64,000 nucleotides of DNA from Candidatus Terraquivivens yellowstonensis (GTDB taxonomy: Archaea; Thermoproteota; Nitrososphaeria_A; Caldarchaeales; Wolframiiraptoraceae): contig JAKCEW010000004.1 of NCBI GenBank assembly GCA_023539445.1, forward strand, positions 16,741 to 80,740, read 5' to 3'. This document shows positions 49,083-58,667 of the stretch, piece by piece; the stretch's first letter is position 1; the number at the start of each line of letters is the position of its first letter. The translations under genes and the position numbers were made by a program. Below the pieces are notes generated by a model that was given only the letters and a program-made list of their open reading frames with translations, was not told where the DNA came from and did no database searches.

Positions 49083-49805
49083 TCAATCGTATTCTTCTAA
49101 TTTTACTTCCCTCGTGATGACATCCTTAGCATTCTTTATAACAACCTCCGGAGGCTTTCTACCCAAAAACTTGGCCACCTCATCCCTCAGGAGTTCGACA
49201 GGCTTCGAGGCTAACGAGTCGAACACGTTCTTCACGGAGCCATAGGCCTTGAGGAGGGCCTTGGCTAAGCTAGGCCCGACCCTTGGAAGCCCCTCCACGA
49301 TGTAGAGCGCCTGTTGTTCCGGCGTCATAGAAACGGAACTTACACGAAGCCTTATATCTCTTGGTTCCGGTTTCTCCAAGAGGCTCTTGTATTTTGCTAT
49401 CACATAAGCTCCGGTCCCTTTCCAATCTGGTGTATGAACGACAACGACCTCGTAACCTCGCTGAATGCTTTCTATTGCTCTGTAGATGCTAGCTTCATTC
49501 CATTCCGTCATCCTTCTTATCGCGCCAAGCCATCCCTCAATTACCAGAATCTTCTCGAAGGAGTTCATCTCCGAGAATCTATCTAACTGAGACCATAACC
49601 TCCCACGGCCCGACTCATCGGGTTTCAGAGAATTCAACAGGTCGGTTATGGTCTTCCTCTCGATAACAGCCATTCCTTCAGTACCGTCAAGGAGATAGTC
49701 CCCGACCTCTAAGTTCTTTATGCCGACCTGCTGGCCCAACACACTTGTCAGCATGTCAAGTATTCTCTTGCATTTTGATGCTTCTTTACTATCCACGAAG
49801 ATCAT
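49083..49805 (-). CDS. xpf: XPF/ERCC4-family structure-specific endonuclease, short (crenarchaeal-type) form with C-terminal (HhH)2
   Basis: 240 aa; ERCC4 signature VGDYLL...AVIERKTITDL (GDYxnERK), C-terminal HhH pair (LPRVGPSLAKALLKAYGS). Confidence 0.8.
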   Translation of the reverse strand: MIFVDSKEASKCKRILDMLTSVLGQQVGIKNLEVGDYLLDGTEGMAVIERKTITDLLNSLKPDESGRGRLWSQLDRFSEMNSFEKILVIEGWLGAIRRMTEWNEASIYRAIESIQRGYEVVVVHTPDWKGTGAYVIAKYKSLLEKPEPRDIRLRVSSVSMTPEQQALYIVEGLPRVGPSLAKALLKAYGSVKNVFDSLASKPVELLRDEVAKFLGRKPPEVVIKNAKDVITREVKLEEYD

Positions 49806-49911
49806 ACGGGCTTTACATCCACATCGTTAAAATTAAGCGTTTAATTGTAACAACTTGTTGATGCTCACATTAAATATATTAGGGCGTTTTAAGTATTTTT
49901 GATGAGTCAAC

Positions 49912-50289
49912 ATGGTTTCTAAGCCTCAGAAAAAAGCTGAGCCTAAGAAGAGCGCAACCTCGAAGAGTCTCATGCCTATGGAAAAAATCGATTATGTAGA
50001 GGGGTTCAACATAAGGATAAAGAATGCGAGGGAGCGTATGGGTCTCTCGCAAGAAGAACTCGCCGCACAGCTAAACGAGAAAGCAACACTCATTAAGAAA
50101 ATCGAGCAGGGAGAGGTCAAGCCTCCCATAGAGCTTGCTAGAAAGCTCGAGAAATTTTTGAAGATACAAATAATAGAGGAGATTACGGAGGATTATCAGT
50201 ACGGACCGTTCCTCAGCAAAACACAACCCAGCGGGTATACACTAGGCGATGTTATGAGGAAGCTCGAAGAGGATAAGAGGGAAAGTTGA
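49912..50289 (+). CDS. HTH XRE-family DNA-binding protein (MBF1-like C-terminal domain, no Zn ribbon)
   Basis: 125 aa; GLSQEELAAQLNEKATLIKKIEQGEVKP helix-turn-helix. Confidence 0.5.
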   Translation: MVSKPQKKAEPKKSATSKSLMPMEKIDYVEGFNIRIKNARERMGLSQEELAAQLNEKATLIKKIEQGEVKPPIELARKLEKFLKIQIIEEITEDYQYGPFLSKTQPSGYTLGDVMRKLEEDKRES

Positions 50290-50320
50290 TATAACTCGTA
50301 AAAGTACTACATATAAGCCT

Positions 50321-51574
50321 TTGAGGGTAGCAATAGTTCATCGCGTACAACCTGGAGAAAAGCCGAACCTAGACGAGCTTAGGGAGTTGTGTCTAACTGC
50401 GGGCTACGAGGTAGTATACGAGCTCGTTCAACGCCGCTACCCGCATCCAAAGTACAACATCGGACCTGGAAAGTTGGCGGAACTAAAGGATGCCGTCAAG
50501 AAATTGAACATAGAGAAGATAATTTTCGAGAACGACATAAAGACTGTCCAAGAATACAACTTGGCGAAAGCCCTAGGTATTCCTGTCATGTCGAGAGTTC
50601 AACTAATACTGGAGATATTTTCCCTCCATGCCTCTTCGAAGGAGGCTAAGCTACAAATCAAGTTAGCGGAGCTGAAGTATGAGCTCTCAAGGGCTAGGGA
50701 AAAAGTTCGGCTCGCGAAGATGGGCGAGCAACCAGGTTTCCACGGTCTCGGCGCTTATGAGGCCGACGTTTACTACAACGAGATCAACAGGAGGATACAT
50801 ACGCTAACCAGGAAGCTTGCCAGTATAAAGAAAAGACGCGATTTATTCAGGCTTCGAAGGGAGAAATATGGAATTCCTACAATATCGCTCGTTGGCTATA
50901 CTAATGCGGGCAAGTCAACACTCTTTAACGCATTAGCATCAGAAAACGTGCCCGTTGATAACAGACTATTCACGACGCTATCCACCACGATAAGGCTAGT
51001 TAAGATAAAAGGTAGGAGAGCATTCTTATCCGACACTGTTGGTTTCATAAAAAACCTACCATCAATGCTCATCGATGCATTCCATTCTACGTTAAGTGAG
51101 ATATTGTTCTCAGACCTGATACTTTTGGTCGCAGATTTTTCAGAGCCTGTGGACATTATTAAAGAAAAGCTTGTCTATTCGCTAGAGACTTTAGGCTCGA
51201 TAGGAGCCCACTCCATACCGACTCTTGTCGTTTTAAACAAGATAGACCTTGTAAGCGATGCTGAGAGAAAGGTTGAGAAGCTCGGCCTGACCCTACCATA
51301 TGTGATGATATCGGCCTTGTACCGTACTAACCTAGACCTCTTAGAGCAAACCATAGCATCTATGATGGGAGATTACGTAGTCGCAACAGCAAAGATAGAC
51401 GGAAGCGATGAAAGTTCTGCGAAAGTTTTGTCTGAGATATGCAAGAGATCGAACGTTTTAGAATTAAAATACGAAGACGGTTTCATAAATCTGAAGGTCG
51501 AGACACCTAACTACCTAGCCGAAAAACTGAAGAGACTCAGCTTGGTCAAATCGTTCAGAGTGGAGGGTAGCTGA
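50321..51574 (+). CDS. hflX: GTPase HflX
   Basis: 417 aa; HflX N-terminal domain plus G domain (GYTNAGKSTLFNAL, DTVGF, NKID). Confidence 0.8.
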   Translation: MRVAIVHRVQPGEKPNLDELRELCLTAGYEVVYELVQRRYPHPKYNIGPGKLAELKDAVKKLNIEKIIFENDIKTVQEYNLAKALGIPVMSRVQLILEIFSLHASSKEAKLQIKLAELKYELSRAREKVRLAKMGEQPGFHGLGAYEADVYYNEINRRIHTLTRKLASIKKRRDLFRLRREKYGIPTISLVGYTNAGKSTLFNALASENVPVDNRLFTTLSTTIRLVKIKGRRAFLSDTVGFIKNLPSMLIDAFHSTLSEILFSDLILLVADFSEPVDIIKEKLVYSLETLGSIGAHSIPTLVVLNKIDLVSDAERKVEKLGLTLPYVMISALYRTNLDLLEQTIASMMGDYVVATAKIDGSDESSAKVLSEICKRSNVLELKYEDGFINLKVETPNYLAEKLKRLSLVKSFRVEGS

Positions 51575-51575
51575 G

Positions 51576-52046
51576 TTGTTGGATGTTGTAAGGGCAATTT
51601 CGAACTACCAGTTTAGGTTAGACGTGGGCGAGAAGTTATTCCCAGACGGTACCACGATCGAAGTATCAAAACGTACTGGCAAACCTAAGAGGATCTACTT
51701 GGATGGAAAGCTTTTAGCGACCGTGAGAAGTAACGATGGTCTGATAGCACTAACATTTGAGGGGGCCATGAAATTGAGAACGCTGCTGCCATCTGGTAGT
51801 TTTAGGGTTATTGTATCGGACGACGCTGCTAGATTCATTCTCAAGGGGAAATCCTTATTTTCTAAACATGTATTAGAGGCCGACCCAAAAATACTGCCCG
51901 GGGATGAAGTTCTCATAGAAAATAGTAAAGGCGAATTGTTGGCCGTGGGTAAGGCGGTACTTAGCGGTTGTGAGATGGGAAAGTTTAGGAGGGGTTTGGC
52001 AGTAAAGATTAGAAAGGTCGGGGGTGGAGCTTTACGAGAAAGCTGA
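51576..52046 (+). CDS. PUA-domain protein
   Basis: 156 aa; C-terminal PUA-like segment (ILPGDEVLIENSKGELLAVGKAVLSGCEM). Confidence 0.55.
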   Translation: MLDVVRAISNYQFRLDVGEKLFPDGTTIEVSKRTGKPKRIYLDGKLLATVRSNDGLIALTFEGAMKLRTLLPSGSFRVIVSDDAARFILKGKSLFSKHVLEADPKILPGDEVLIENSKGELLAVGKAVLSGCEMGKFRRGLAVKIRKVGGGALRES

Positions 52047-52066
52047 GCTCGCGTGAACTTAGAAGG

Positions 52067-52408
52067 ATGCAATCAAAGCTACTTGGTAGTTTGGGTCTTG
52101 ATGTGAAGGAGCAGAATGTAGCTAAAGAGGTGCTAATCCGTCTGCCAGATAAGGATGTGGTAATAAAAGAGCCGACCGTCGTGGTTTTACAAGTTGGTGA
52201 TGAAAAAGTCTATCAAATCATAGGTGGCGAAATTTCTGAACAGAAAGTTATAGAAAGCGAAACTGGAGCCCCAACCTATGAGCCGACAGCAGATGACATA
52301 ACAATCGTGGCACTCCAAGCAGGCGTATCTGAGGAGGAGGCAAGGAGGGCACTTATAGAGGCGGGCGGAGATTTGGCAAAGGCCATCCTCTTATTAAAGT
52401 CTAAATGA
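52067..52408 (+). CDS. nac: Nascent polypeptide-associated complex protein (NAC alpha, with C-terminal UBA)
   Basis: 113 aa; NAC domain followed by UBA-like ...EEEARRALIEAGGDLAKAILLL. Confidence 0.75.
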   Translation: MQSKLLGSLGLDVKEQNVAKEVLIRLPDKDVVIKEPTVVVLQVGDEKVYQIIGGEISEQKVIESETGAPTYEPTADDITIVALQAGVSEEEARRALIEAGGDLAKAILLLKSK

Positions 52409-54359
52409 ATTTTAAGGAATCGCAACCGGACTCTAAGTACTTCTTGGCAAGGTCAACAGATTCTTGAATTTCCTTATCTTTTGAGGGGCTAGATAGCATC
52501 ACCATATAACCCCCGTTCAAAACTTTTGCTACTTTTGCCTCAAACTGTAATCTATCTTCTTGTGGCATTTTTATATCATAAGGCACTATGGTAGTCGAAT
52601 ATGCAAAATTAGACGTAACGGGATAGAAAGATAATCCCGATATGGTCTTAAAGCCGAACCTGTCTATATCGGACTTGGCCATCCTCTTAGAGGATTGTGG
52701 TGGACATACGTTAGCGATCCCTATTTGAAAGTCCTTTTTGGAGCCCTTTAGCGCCAGCTTGACCATCTCCCTCAGCACATTCAACAAAATATCTGGGGAG
52801 CTTGATGTCGGATACTCTCCAGTTAAACACTTTATTGCCTCGAATAAACCACACGGTGATACGATGAAATGATGCTTAATACTTACGTTCCCATGAAGCA
52901 TGTTCGTTAGGTTCATCTTCTTTGTGAAGGCGGTTATAATGAGTTGCATCGTCCTTCTCACAGATTCCATGAATTCTTCCTCGTTTCCCGCAGACTGAAG
53001 TGCCAACCTTGGTACATTCATCGCTGCAACACCGCACAGAAAGCTTTCGGCATTTTCTGGATTCTTAATGGAGATCTTGTATCCGTTGCTTGCTAAGACC
53101 TCCGATTTTGAACCAGTTGTGAATATTAACTCAAGGCCTTCCTTGGAAATGTAATGTGGGGGCGCTTTCTCGATCAAATCTTTGCCTACCACGATGGATA
53201 TGTTATTCCTCTGGTGCTCGTTAAATGCATCTATCAAGTCTTCTGCATGTTCTAAGTTATTAGCAGCATTAAGGACAAACTTGTGTTCTTCAAATGTACT
53301 TATGGAGGAGATTTTCATGAGTGTTGATGCAAACTGCTTTGATAATTTTTTATTCGAAATAATGTCGCTAAGATTGTACAAAAGAAACTCCTTTTCTACA
53401 ATAAACATGTCCTCCATGAGATTTGCTACAAGTGCCTCGCATGTACCTAAACCTTCAACTTTATTTAGTAGGTCAGCATCGTACGCCTTACCATAAACCG
53501 ACACAACCCATGATTCCAGAAAACAGATGTCTATTAGTCCGGAAAGGTATGCGTCGGCTACGTTTCTTGGCAAAACGTTGAGTAACATGTATTCCTTCAA
53601 AACAGAGTTTGCCGCTGCCTTCATGACGGCATTTGTCCCACCTTGCTTTGAGGCATTCTTGATTGTCTGGGTAACATCGTAGATCGGCATACCAACTCTC
53701 GTCAGTTTGTGCCTATACTTCTCTAAACCCTGATCTATTAAAACGGAATTTACAAGCTCCCTAATCAAGGGTGCGGAGAGGTACTCTATTTTAAGATCGA
53801 GAAGTTTTTCTTCCACGCTGGATGCAACTTTATGGGCGAGTTTTGCTGGCATGCCTGCCTCCTTAACCAGAGCGTTCACTATCTTGTTCTTATCAAAAGC
53901 CTCTATCGAACATTCACTACGTCTGACGATCAGTAAATCGGAGCCTGCTAGCATCTTTTTCGCTTGCTCGATCACTTCCAACATTGTCCTGCCGCTATGT
54001 GAAAGCTCGTACAGTTTTGTCTTCTCGTTAATTTTTATGAGCTTCGAGTTGAGTAGCTTCTTTAGGTGATAGGAAAACTTTCCTGCATCTTTCTGGGGAT
54101 TCATACCCACCGAGCGTATCAATTCTGTGTAGTTCATGTCGTGCTTTGAAAGTTGCTTCAACATCTCAATCCTTATAGGTGACGCTAACGCATCCAATAT
54201 CCTATCCAACGTCCGTCCTTCTTCGTCAACGAATATGAGAACCGCCCCCTTAAGCTGCGTTACATTGTAGGCGATAATTAAGATAAAGGTTATCGGTGCC
54301 TCATACGTTAGTACGTTTAAATATTTATTTGTAATACGATTTTGGGCATGGTTAGACAT
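52401..54359 (-). CDS. Anaerobic (class III) ribonucleotide-reductase-like protein with N-terminal ArsR-type wHTH and ATP-cone; start uncertain
   Basis: ArsR/SmtB-like wHTH (LDALASPIRIEMLKQL...FSYHLKKLLNSKLI), ATP-cone (LLIVRRSECSIEAFDKNKIVNALV), NrdD-like core (ADAYLSGLIDICFLESW), C-terminal GGY but no Cys4 ribbon. The ATG at 54357-54359 overlaps the argF ATG (54348) on the opposite strand, so the real start may be the TTG near 54209. Confidence 0.5.
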   Translation of the reverse strand: MSNHAQNRITNKYLNVLTYEAPITFILIIAYNVTQLKGAVLIFVDEEGRTLDRILDALASPIRIEMLKQLSKHDMNYTELIRSVGMNPQKDAGKFSYHLKKLLNSKLIKINEKTKLYELSHSGRTMLEVIEQAKKMLAGSDLLIVRRSECSIEAFDKNKIVNALVKEAGMPAKLAHKVASSVEEKLLDLKIEYLSAPLIRELVNSVLIDQGLEKYRHKLTRVGMPIYDVTQTIKNASKQGGTNAVMKAAANSVLKEYMLLNVLPRNVADAYLSGLIDICFLESWVVSVYGKAYDADLLNKVEGLGTCEALVANLMEDMFIVEKEFLLYNLSDIISNKKLSKQFASTLMKISSISTFEEHKFVLNAANNLEHAEDLIDAFNEHQRNNISIVVGKDLIEKAPPHYISKEGLELIFTTGSKSEVLASNGYKISIKNPENAESFLCGVAAMNVPRLALQSAGNEEEFMESVRRTMQLIITAFTKKMNLTNMLHGNVSIKHHFIVSPCGLFEAIKCLTGEYPTSSSPDILLNVLREMVKLALKGSKKDFQIGIANVCPPQSSKRMAKSDIDRFGFKTISGLSFYPVTSNFAYSTTIVPYDIKMPQEDRLQFEAKVAKVLNGGYMVMLSSPSKDKEIQESVDLAKKYLESGCDSLKFI

Positions 54360-55298
54360 TTCTTGGATTTTGAAGGGTACGCTGCGGAAGAGGTCCTTTA
54401 CATACTGGATATGGCTATAAATTTTAAGAAAAAAGGGTATCCAGATAGCAAACCATTGTCCGGCAAATCTATAGCTTTGATTTTTGAGAAGCCATCTACA
54501 AGAACTAGGGTATCCTTCCAAGTAGCTATAGCAAAGCTTGGTGGTGAGAGCATACCGCTAAGCGTCAGCGAGATGCAGTTGAGTAGAGGAGAGCCTATAA
54601 GCGATACCATGCGCGTTCTATCGGATTACGTGAATGCTGTCGTCGCAAGGGTCTATAAACATGAGATGCTCTCCGAGATGGTAAAGTATAGTTCAGTTCC
54701 GGTAATCAACGCATTAAGCGACAAATTCCATCCTTGTCAAGCACTTGCTGATATGATGACTATCAAGGAGCTAAAGGGCAACATCTATGGGGTGAAGGTG
54801 GCTTACGTCGGCGATGGAAATAACGTTTGTAATTCTCTTATCCAAGCATGCTCGCTGCTCGGTGCCAGAATATCTGTAGCATCCCCTAAGGAGTATCAGC
54901 CACCAGAAGATGTTGTAGCACAGGCGAAGGAGTGGGGAAAGAGGTCCGGAGGTACGATAGAACTAACGGAGAATCCTGAGGATGCTGTAAGGGATGCTGA
55001 TGTTGTCTATACTGACGTATTCGTTTCCATGGGTCAGGAAGATGAAAGGGAAAGAAGGTTGAAGGTTTTTTATCCGAAGTACAAAGTGACAGAGAGGTTA
55101 ATGTCCTTAGCAAAGCCGGATGCGATCTTCATGCATTGTTTGCCAGCGCATAGAGGTGAAGAGGTAGAAGCATCCGTGATTGATGGAAAAAGGTCTGCGG
55201 TTTGGCAACAGGCCGCTAATAGGTTACATACTGAGGCAGCATTGTTATTGTATCTACTTCAAGATGGAAAAAAGTTTAATCCAAGCCTTTCCGTTTAG
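54348..55298 (+). CDS. argF: Ornithine carbamoyltransferase
   Basis: STRTR carbamoyl-phosphate motif, HCLPAHRGEE ornithine-binding motif (OTC-type rather than ATCase HPLP). Confidence 0.85.
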   Translation: MVRHFLDFEGYAAEEVLYILDMAINFKKKGYPDSKPLSGKSIALIFEKPSTRTRVSFQVAIAKLGGESIPLSVSEMQLSRGEPISDTMRVLSDYVNAVVARVYKHEMLSEMVKYSSVPVINALSDKFHPCQALADMMTIKELKGNIYGVKVAYVGDGNNVCNSLIQACSLLGARISVASPKEYQPPEDVVAQAKEWGKRSGGTIELTENPEDAVRDADVVYTDVFVSMGQEDERERRLKVFYPKYKVTERLMSLAKPDAIFMHCLPAHRGEEVEASVIDGKRSAVWQQAANRLHTEAALLLYLLQDGKKFNPSLSV

Positions 55299-55309
55299 CT
55301 ATACGGATC

Positions 55310-55924
55310 ATGTCGTATTCATACATTTCAAGAAAGAGAGTTCCTCCGAAGATACCATTCTATCCATCACCGGTTGACATAGTTAAGTTAATGCTGGATC
55401 TTGCAGAGCCAAGAGAGGGGCAGACGCTTGTTGACTTAGGTTGTGGTGATGGAAGGATATTGGTGGAGGCGGCCAGCAACTATGAGTGTTCCGTCATAGG
55501 TGTTGATTCTAACCCCGTGCTAGTAAGCTATGCTCGCAACAAGCTACTAGAGAAAGGTATCAAAAATTTCAGAATAATAAGAGGAGATTTGTTCAATTTT
55601 GATTTTAGCACGGCAGACATCATAACCTTGTATTTGACGCATGATGCTTTAAAAATCCTAAAACCAAGGCTTGAGCTTTACGCTAAACCTGGGGCAAAAA
55701 TCATAGCCCATGACTTTCCGGTTCCGGGATGGCGGCCGTTGCTCTTCGTGAGCAAGGTTTCTGCGGAGGATGGGAGGCTGCATAAGGTTTATCTTTATGA
55801 GGTGGGAAAATCTTTAGAAAAAAAGGATATATTATACACGAGAGACGAATTCGGTGAAAGGTATGAAGCTTATCGAGTTCTTAAAATCCGTAAAGACGCT
55901 CATGAAGGTGGCGAAGAAACCTAG
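55310..55924 (+). CDS. Class I SAM-dependent methyltransferase
   Basis: 204 aa; motif I LVDLGCGDGRILVEAA; substrate unknown. Confidence 0.6.
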   Translation: MSYSYISRKRVPPKIPFYPSPVDIVKLMLDLAEPREGQTLVDLGCGDGRILVEAASNYECSVIGVDSNPVLVSYARNKLLEKGIKNFRIIRGDLFNFDFSTADIITLYLTHDALKILKPRLELYAKPGAKIIAHDFPVPGWRPLLFVSKVSAEDGRLHKVYLYEVGKSLEKKDILYTRDEFGERYEAYRVLKIRKDAHEGGEET

Positions 55925-56033
55925 TAGGGAGGAATTTACGGTAATTTTAAAAATAACGTTTCTGGGCATACTTGTGCTGGGAGCAATCGCTTTTATAGTA
56001 AGGTTCGTGGCTCTGGCCCTTCAGTCGATTTAA
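55863..56033 (+). CDS. secE: Protein translocase subunit SecE (Sec61-gamma)
   Basis: 56-aa ORF found manually: MKLIEFLKSVKTLMKVAKKPSREEFTVILKITFLGILVLGAIAFIVRFVALALQSI (KKPxxEEF + single TM), canonical position upstream of spt5-L11-L1-L10; overlaps the methyltransferase 3' end by 62 nt in another frame. Confidence 0.7.
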   Translation: MKLIEFLKSVKTLMKVAKKPSREEFTVILKITFLGILVLGAIAFIVRFVALALQSI

Positions 56034-56134
56034 GTCGTAGGCTCTGAGCGGACAAAAATAGATATTTAAGGACGGCTTGGTTAAAGGGGGTAGTTAAAGG
56101 TCCGACAGTCAATGGGGCTCGGTGACGCTAAGGT

Positions 56135-56602
56135 TTGAGCACGGAGAAGTATAAGCTGTTTGCGATAAAGACGACAGTAGGGCAAGAGAGGAACGTGGCC
56201 AGGATACTGGAGAGTAGGATAAGGGGCGAGAACGCTGAAGTAGCCTCTATCCTAACGCTCCCGGACGTCAAAGGTTACATCTTCGTTGAGGCGAAGAACA
56301 AGGAAGTTATAAACACACTCATACAGGGAATCAGGCACATAAAGAGCAGGCCTGTAATACCGATCGATATAAAAGAGATATCTAACCATTTAGTTGAGAA
56401 GCCCATAATAGACATGCTCTCAGAAGGGGATACTGTAGAGGTGACTGCGGGTCCGTTGAAAGGAATAACCGGCAAAGTCGTAAGAATAGATAGGGCTAAA
56501 AGGGAGGTTACTGTCGAGTTGTCCGAAGCAGCGTTCCCCTTGCCGATATCGGTATCTGCTGATCAGATAAGAATCGTCTCTTCTCAGAAAGGAGGTGCGT
56601 AA
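56135..56602 (+). CDS. spt5: Transcription elongation factor Spt5 (NusG)
   Basis: 155 aa from TTG; NGN domain (KLFAIKTTVGQERNVARIL) and KOW (GDTVEVTAGPLKGITGKVVRID). Confidence 0.85.
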   Translation: MSTEKYKLFAIKTTVGQERNVARILESRIRGENAEVASILTLPDVKGYIFVEAKNKEVINTLIQGIRHIKSRPVIPIDIKEISNHLVEKPIIDMLSEGDTVEVTAGPLKGITGKVVRIDRAKREVTVELSEAAFPLPISVSADQIRIVSSQKGGA

Positions 56603-56609
56603 ATTAGGG

Positions 56610-57092
56610 ATGCCCGAGAAACAATTCAAGTTCATTATAGAGGGAGGTAAGGCTACAGCAGGGCCACCTATAGGTTCTTCCTTGGGACCACTTGGGTTAA
56701 ACGTACCCATGGTTGTGGAGAAGATAAACGAGGTTACGGCTGAGTTCATGGGTATGCGTGTTCCGGTCGAGATAACCGTTAATACGGATACGAAAGAGTT
56801 TTCGGTTAAGGTGGGAACGCCAACGGTTGCGGCCTTAATAGTAAAAGAGGCGGCGGTCGAGAAGGGCTCAGGCAGTCCTGGTAAAGATTACGTCGGTAAC
56901 ATATCGATAGACTCTGCCATTAAGATAGCGAAGATAAAAATGCCCGACCTACGCGCCAAGACTTTAAAAGCCGCCTTGAAGCAAGTCGTTGGTACGTGTG
57001 TGAGTATGGGAATAAAGGTTGACGGTAAAGAGCCTAAGCAGGTAATTAAAGATATAGACTCAGGTCTTTATGATAACATGCTGGGTGGTTAG
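56610..57092 (+). CDS. rpl11: 50S ribosomal protein L11
   Basis: GGKATAGPPIGSSLGPLGLN signature; ATG at 56610 preferred over the ORF-track GTG at 56595, which overlaps spt5. Confidence 0.9.
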   Translation: MPEKQFKFIIEGGKATAGPPIGSSLGPLGLNVPMVVEKINEVTAEFMGMRVPVEITVNTDTKEFSVKVGTPTVAALIVKEAAVEKGSGSPGKDYVGNISIDSAIKIAKIKMPDLRAKTLKAALKQVVGTCVSMGIKVDGKEPKQVIKDIDSGLYDNMLGG

Positions 57093-57093
57093 T

Positions 57094-57759
57094 TTGTTGA
57101 GAACCTTATCTTCCAAGCTATTGGATGCTATAGAGACTGCGAAAAAATCATCAAATAGAAATTTCGTTCAATCTATTGATCTCATCGTAAACGTGAAAGA
57201 CGTGGACCTTTCAAAACCTGAGAACAGGTTTACGGAAACAATCGAGCTCCCACACGGTCTTGGAAAAAAGAGGAGAAAGATCTGCGTGATAGCATCTGGC
57301 GATTTGGCTCTTAGGGCAGGAAGGATTCCTCTCGTAGACAGGGTTCTAGGGAAGGAGGACTTAGAGGCTTTGGTAGGTAACAAGAGGATGGCGAAGAAGC
57401 TTGCAAGAGAGTACGATTACTTCCTCGTCGATCCGTCTATGATGGGCATAGCGGCGAAGGCACTTGGTGCTGCGCTCGGTGCTAAGGGTAAAGCCCCCGT
57501 ACCCATACCCCCAGGCACAGAGCTCGAGAAGTTCGTAGAAAAATATTCAAGGAGTGTGACTGTCAGGTTGCGAAAAGGTCCGACGCTCAGCTGCATGATT
57601 GGAACAGAAGACATGGATTCTGGGGCTCTGGCCGAAAATGCGGAAGCTGTGATCAGCAGAATCGTGGAAAAATTGGAGAAAAGGTTTAGGAACGTGGCAT
57701 CCATATACGTCAAAAAAACCATGGGCGAACCCGTAAAGGTTGAAATCGAGGAAAAGTAG
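57094..57759 (+). CDS. rpl1: 50S ribosomal protein L1
   Basis: L1 family; TTG at 57094 immediately after the L11 stop is the likely start (ORF-track start at 57070 overlaps L11). Confidence 0.85.
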   Translation: MLRTLSSKLLDAIETAKKSSNRNFVQSIDLIVNVKDVDLSKPENRFTETIELPHGLGKKRRKICVIASGDLALRAGRIPLVDRVLGKEDLEALVGNKRMAKKLAREYDYFLVDPSMMGIAAKALGAALGAKGKAPVPIPPGTELEKFVEKYSRSVTVRLRKGPTLSCMIGTEDMDSGALAENAEAVISRIVEKLEKRFRNVASIYVKKTMGEPVKVEIEEK

Positions 57760-57803
57760 GTTGAATGGTGTATTAAACCTGGTGCGGGGTTCGGTGAGCT
57801 AAC

Positions 57804-58667
57804 TTGGCAACGGTTCTAAAGAGAAGGGCTGGCAAGGCTTGGAAAGAACGTATATTGGCGGAGCTCGTAGAGTACATAAAAAAGTACCCAACGATTGCCG
57901 TGTTCGAGCTTACGGGCACAAGGGCAAACGTACTGCATGAATTGAGGGCGAAGCTCAGGCAAGATAGCGTGCTTAAGGTAACCAAGAAAACGCTCTTCAT
58001 GAAGGCAGCTGAGAAGGCGGGTATGCCCCAGCTAAAGAGTCTCGTGGAGAACAGGCCCAAGCCTATTGGCCTTCTATTCAGCAACCTGTCGGCATTCAAG
58101 CTCGCACTCATACTGCAAAAGAACAGAGTGCTCATGCATGCAAAGGCAGGCGAGAAGGCTGACGTGGATGTTGTGATCCCAGAATGCAACACGGGCATAC
58201 CTCCAGGCCCTATCCTGAGCGAGCTAGGTAAGATGAGGATACCAACGAGGATAGATGGTGGCAGCATATGGATAGCTAAGGACACCCTCGTGGCGAAAAA
58301 GGGCGACGTAATATCACCATCCTTGGCTAGCCTTCTCATGAAGCTAGACATAAAGGCCGTTTTGAAGGGAATAAGAATTGATGCGGCTTATGAGGGAGGC
58401 AGGATTTACTCCGGCGATGAGCTAATCATAGACGTGGATAAGATGAAGGAAGAGATAAGGTCCGCGTTAAGTTACGCATTCAACTTTGCCATAAACATCG
58501 GCTACATGAGTAAGGAGACGTCGGCGCAGGCTATAGCGCTAGCCTACATGAAGGCGCTTGCCGTTGCCATACAAGCATCTTACGTAACGAAAGAGACGCT
58601 TCCTTATCTCCTCAATAAAGCCCATGCAGAGGCCCTTTTGCTACAATCCGTCGCTAAGATCCAGTAG
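57804..58667 (+). CDS. rpl10: 50S ribosomal protein L10 (acidic ribosomal protein P0)
   Basis: 287 aa; P0 N-terminal domain (KAWKERILAELVEYIKKYP) and insertion domain; TTG start. Confidence 0.9.
   Translation: MATVLKRRAGKAWKERILAELVEYIKKYPTIAVFELTGTRANVLHELRAKLRQDSVLKVTKKTLFMKAAEKAGMPQLKSLVENRPKPIGLLFSNLSAFKLALILQKNRVLMHAKAGEKADVDVVIPECNTGIPPGPILSELGKMRIPTRIDGGSIWIAKDTLVAKKGDVISPSLASLLMKLDIKAVLKGIRIDAAYEGGRIYSGDELIIDVDKMKEEIRSALSYAFNFAINIGYMSKETSAQAIALAYMKALAVAIQASYVTKETLPYLLNKAHAEALLLQSVAKIQ

Noticed and set aside
49857-49900. C/D-box sRNA upstream of the MBF1-like gene (UGAUGC ... UGAUGA)
   Set aside because: C-box-like hexamers are present, but there is no appropriately spaced D/D' (CUGA) boxes or terminal pairing. 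It runs directly into the start codon.
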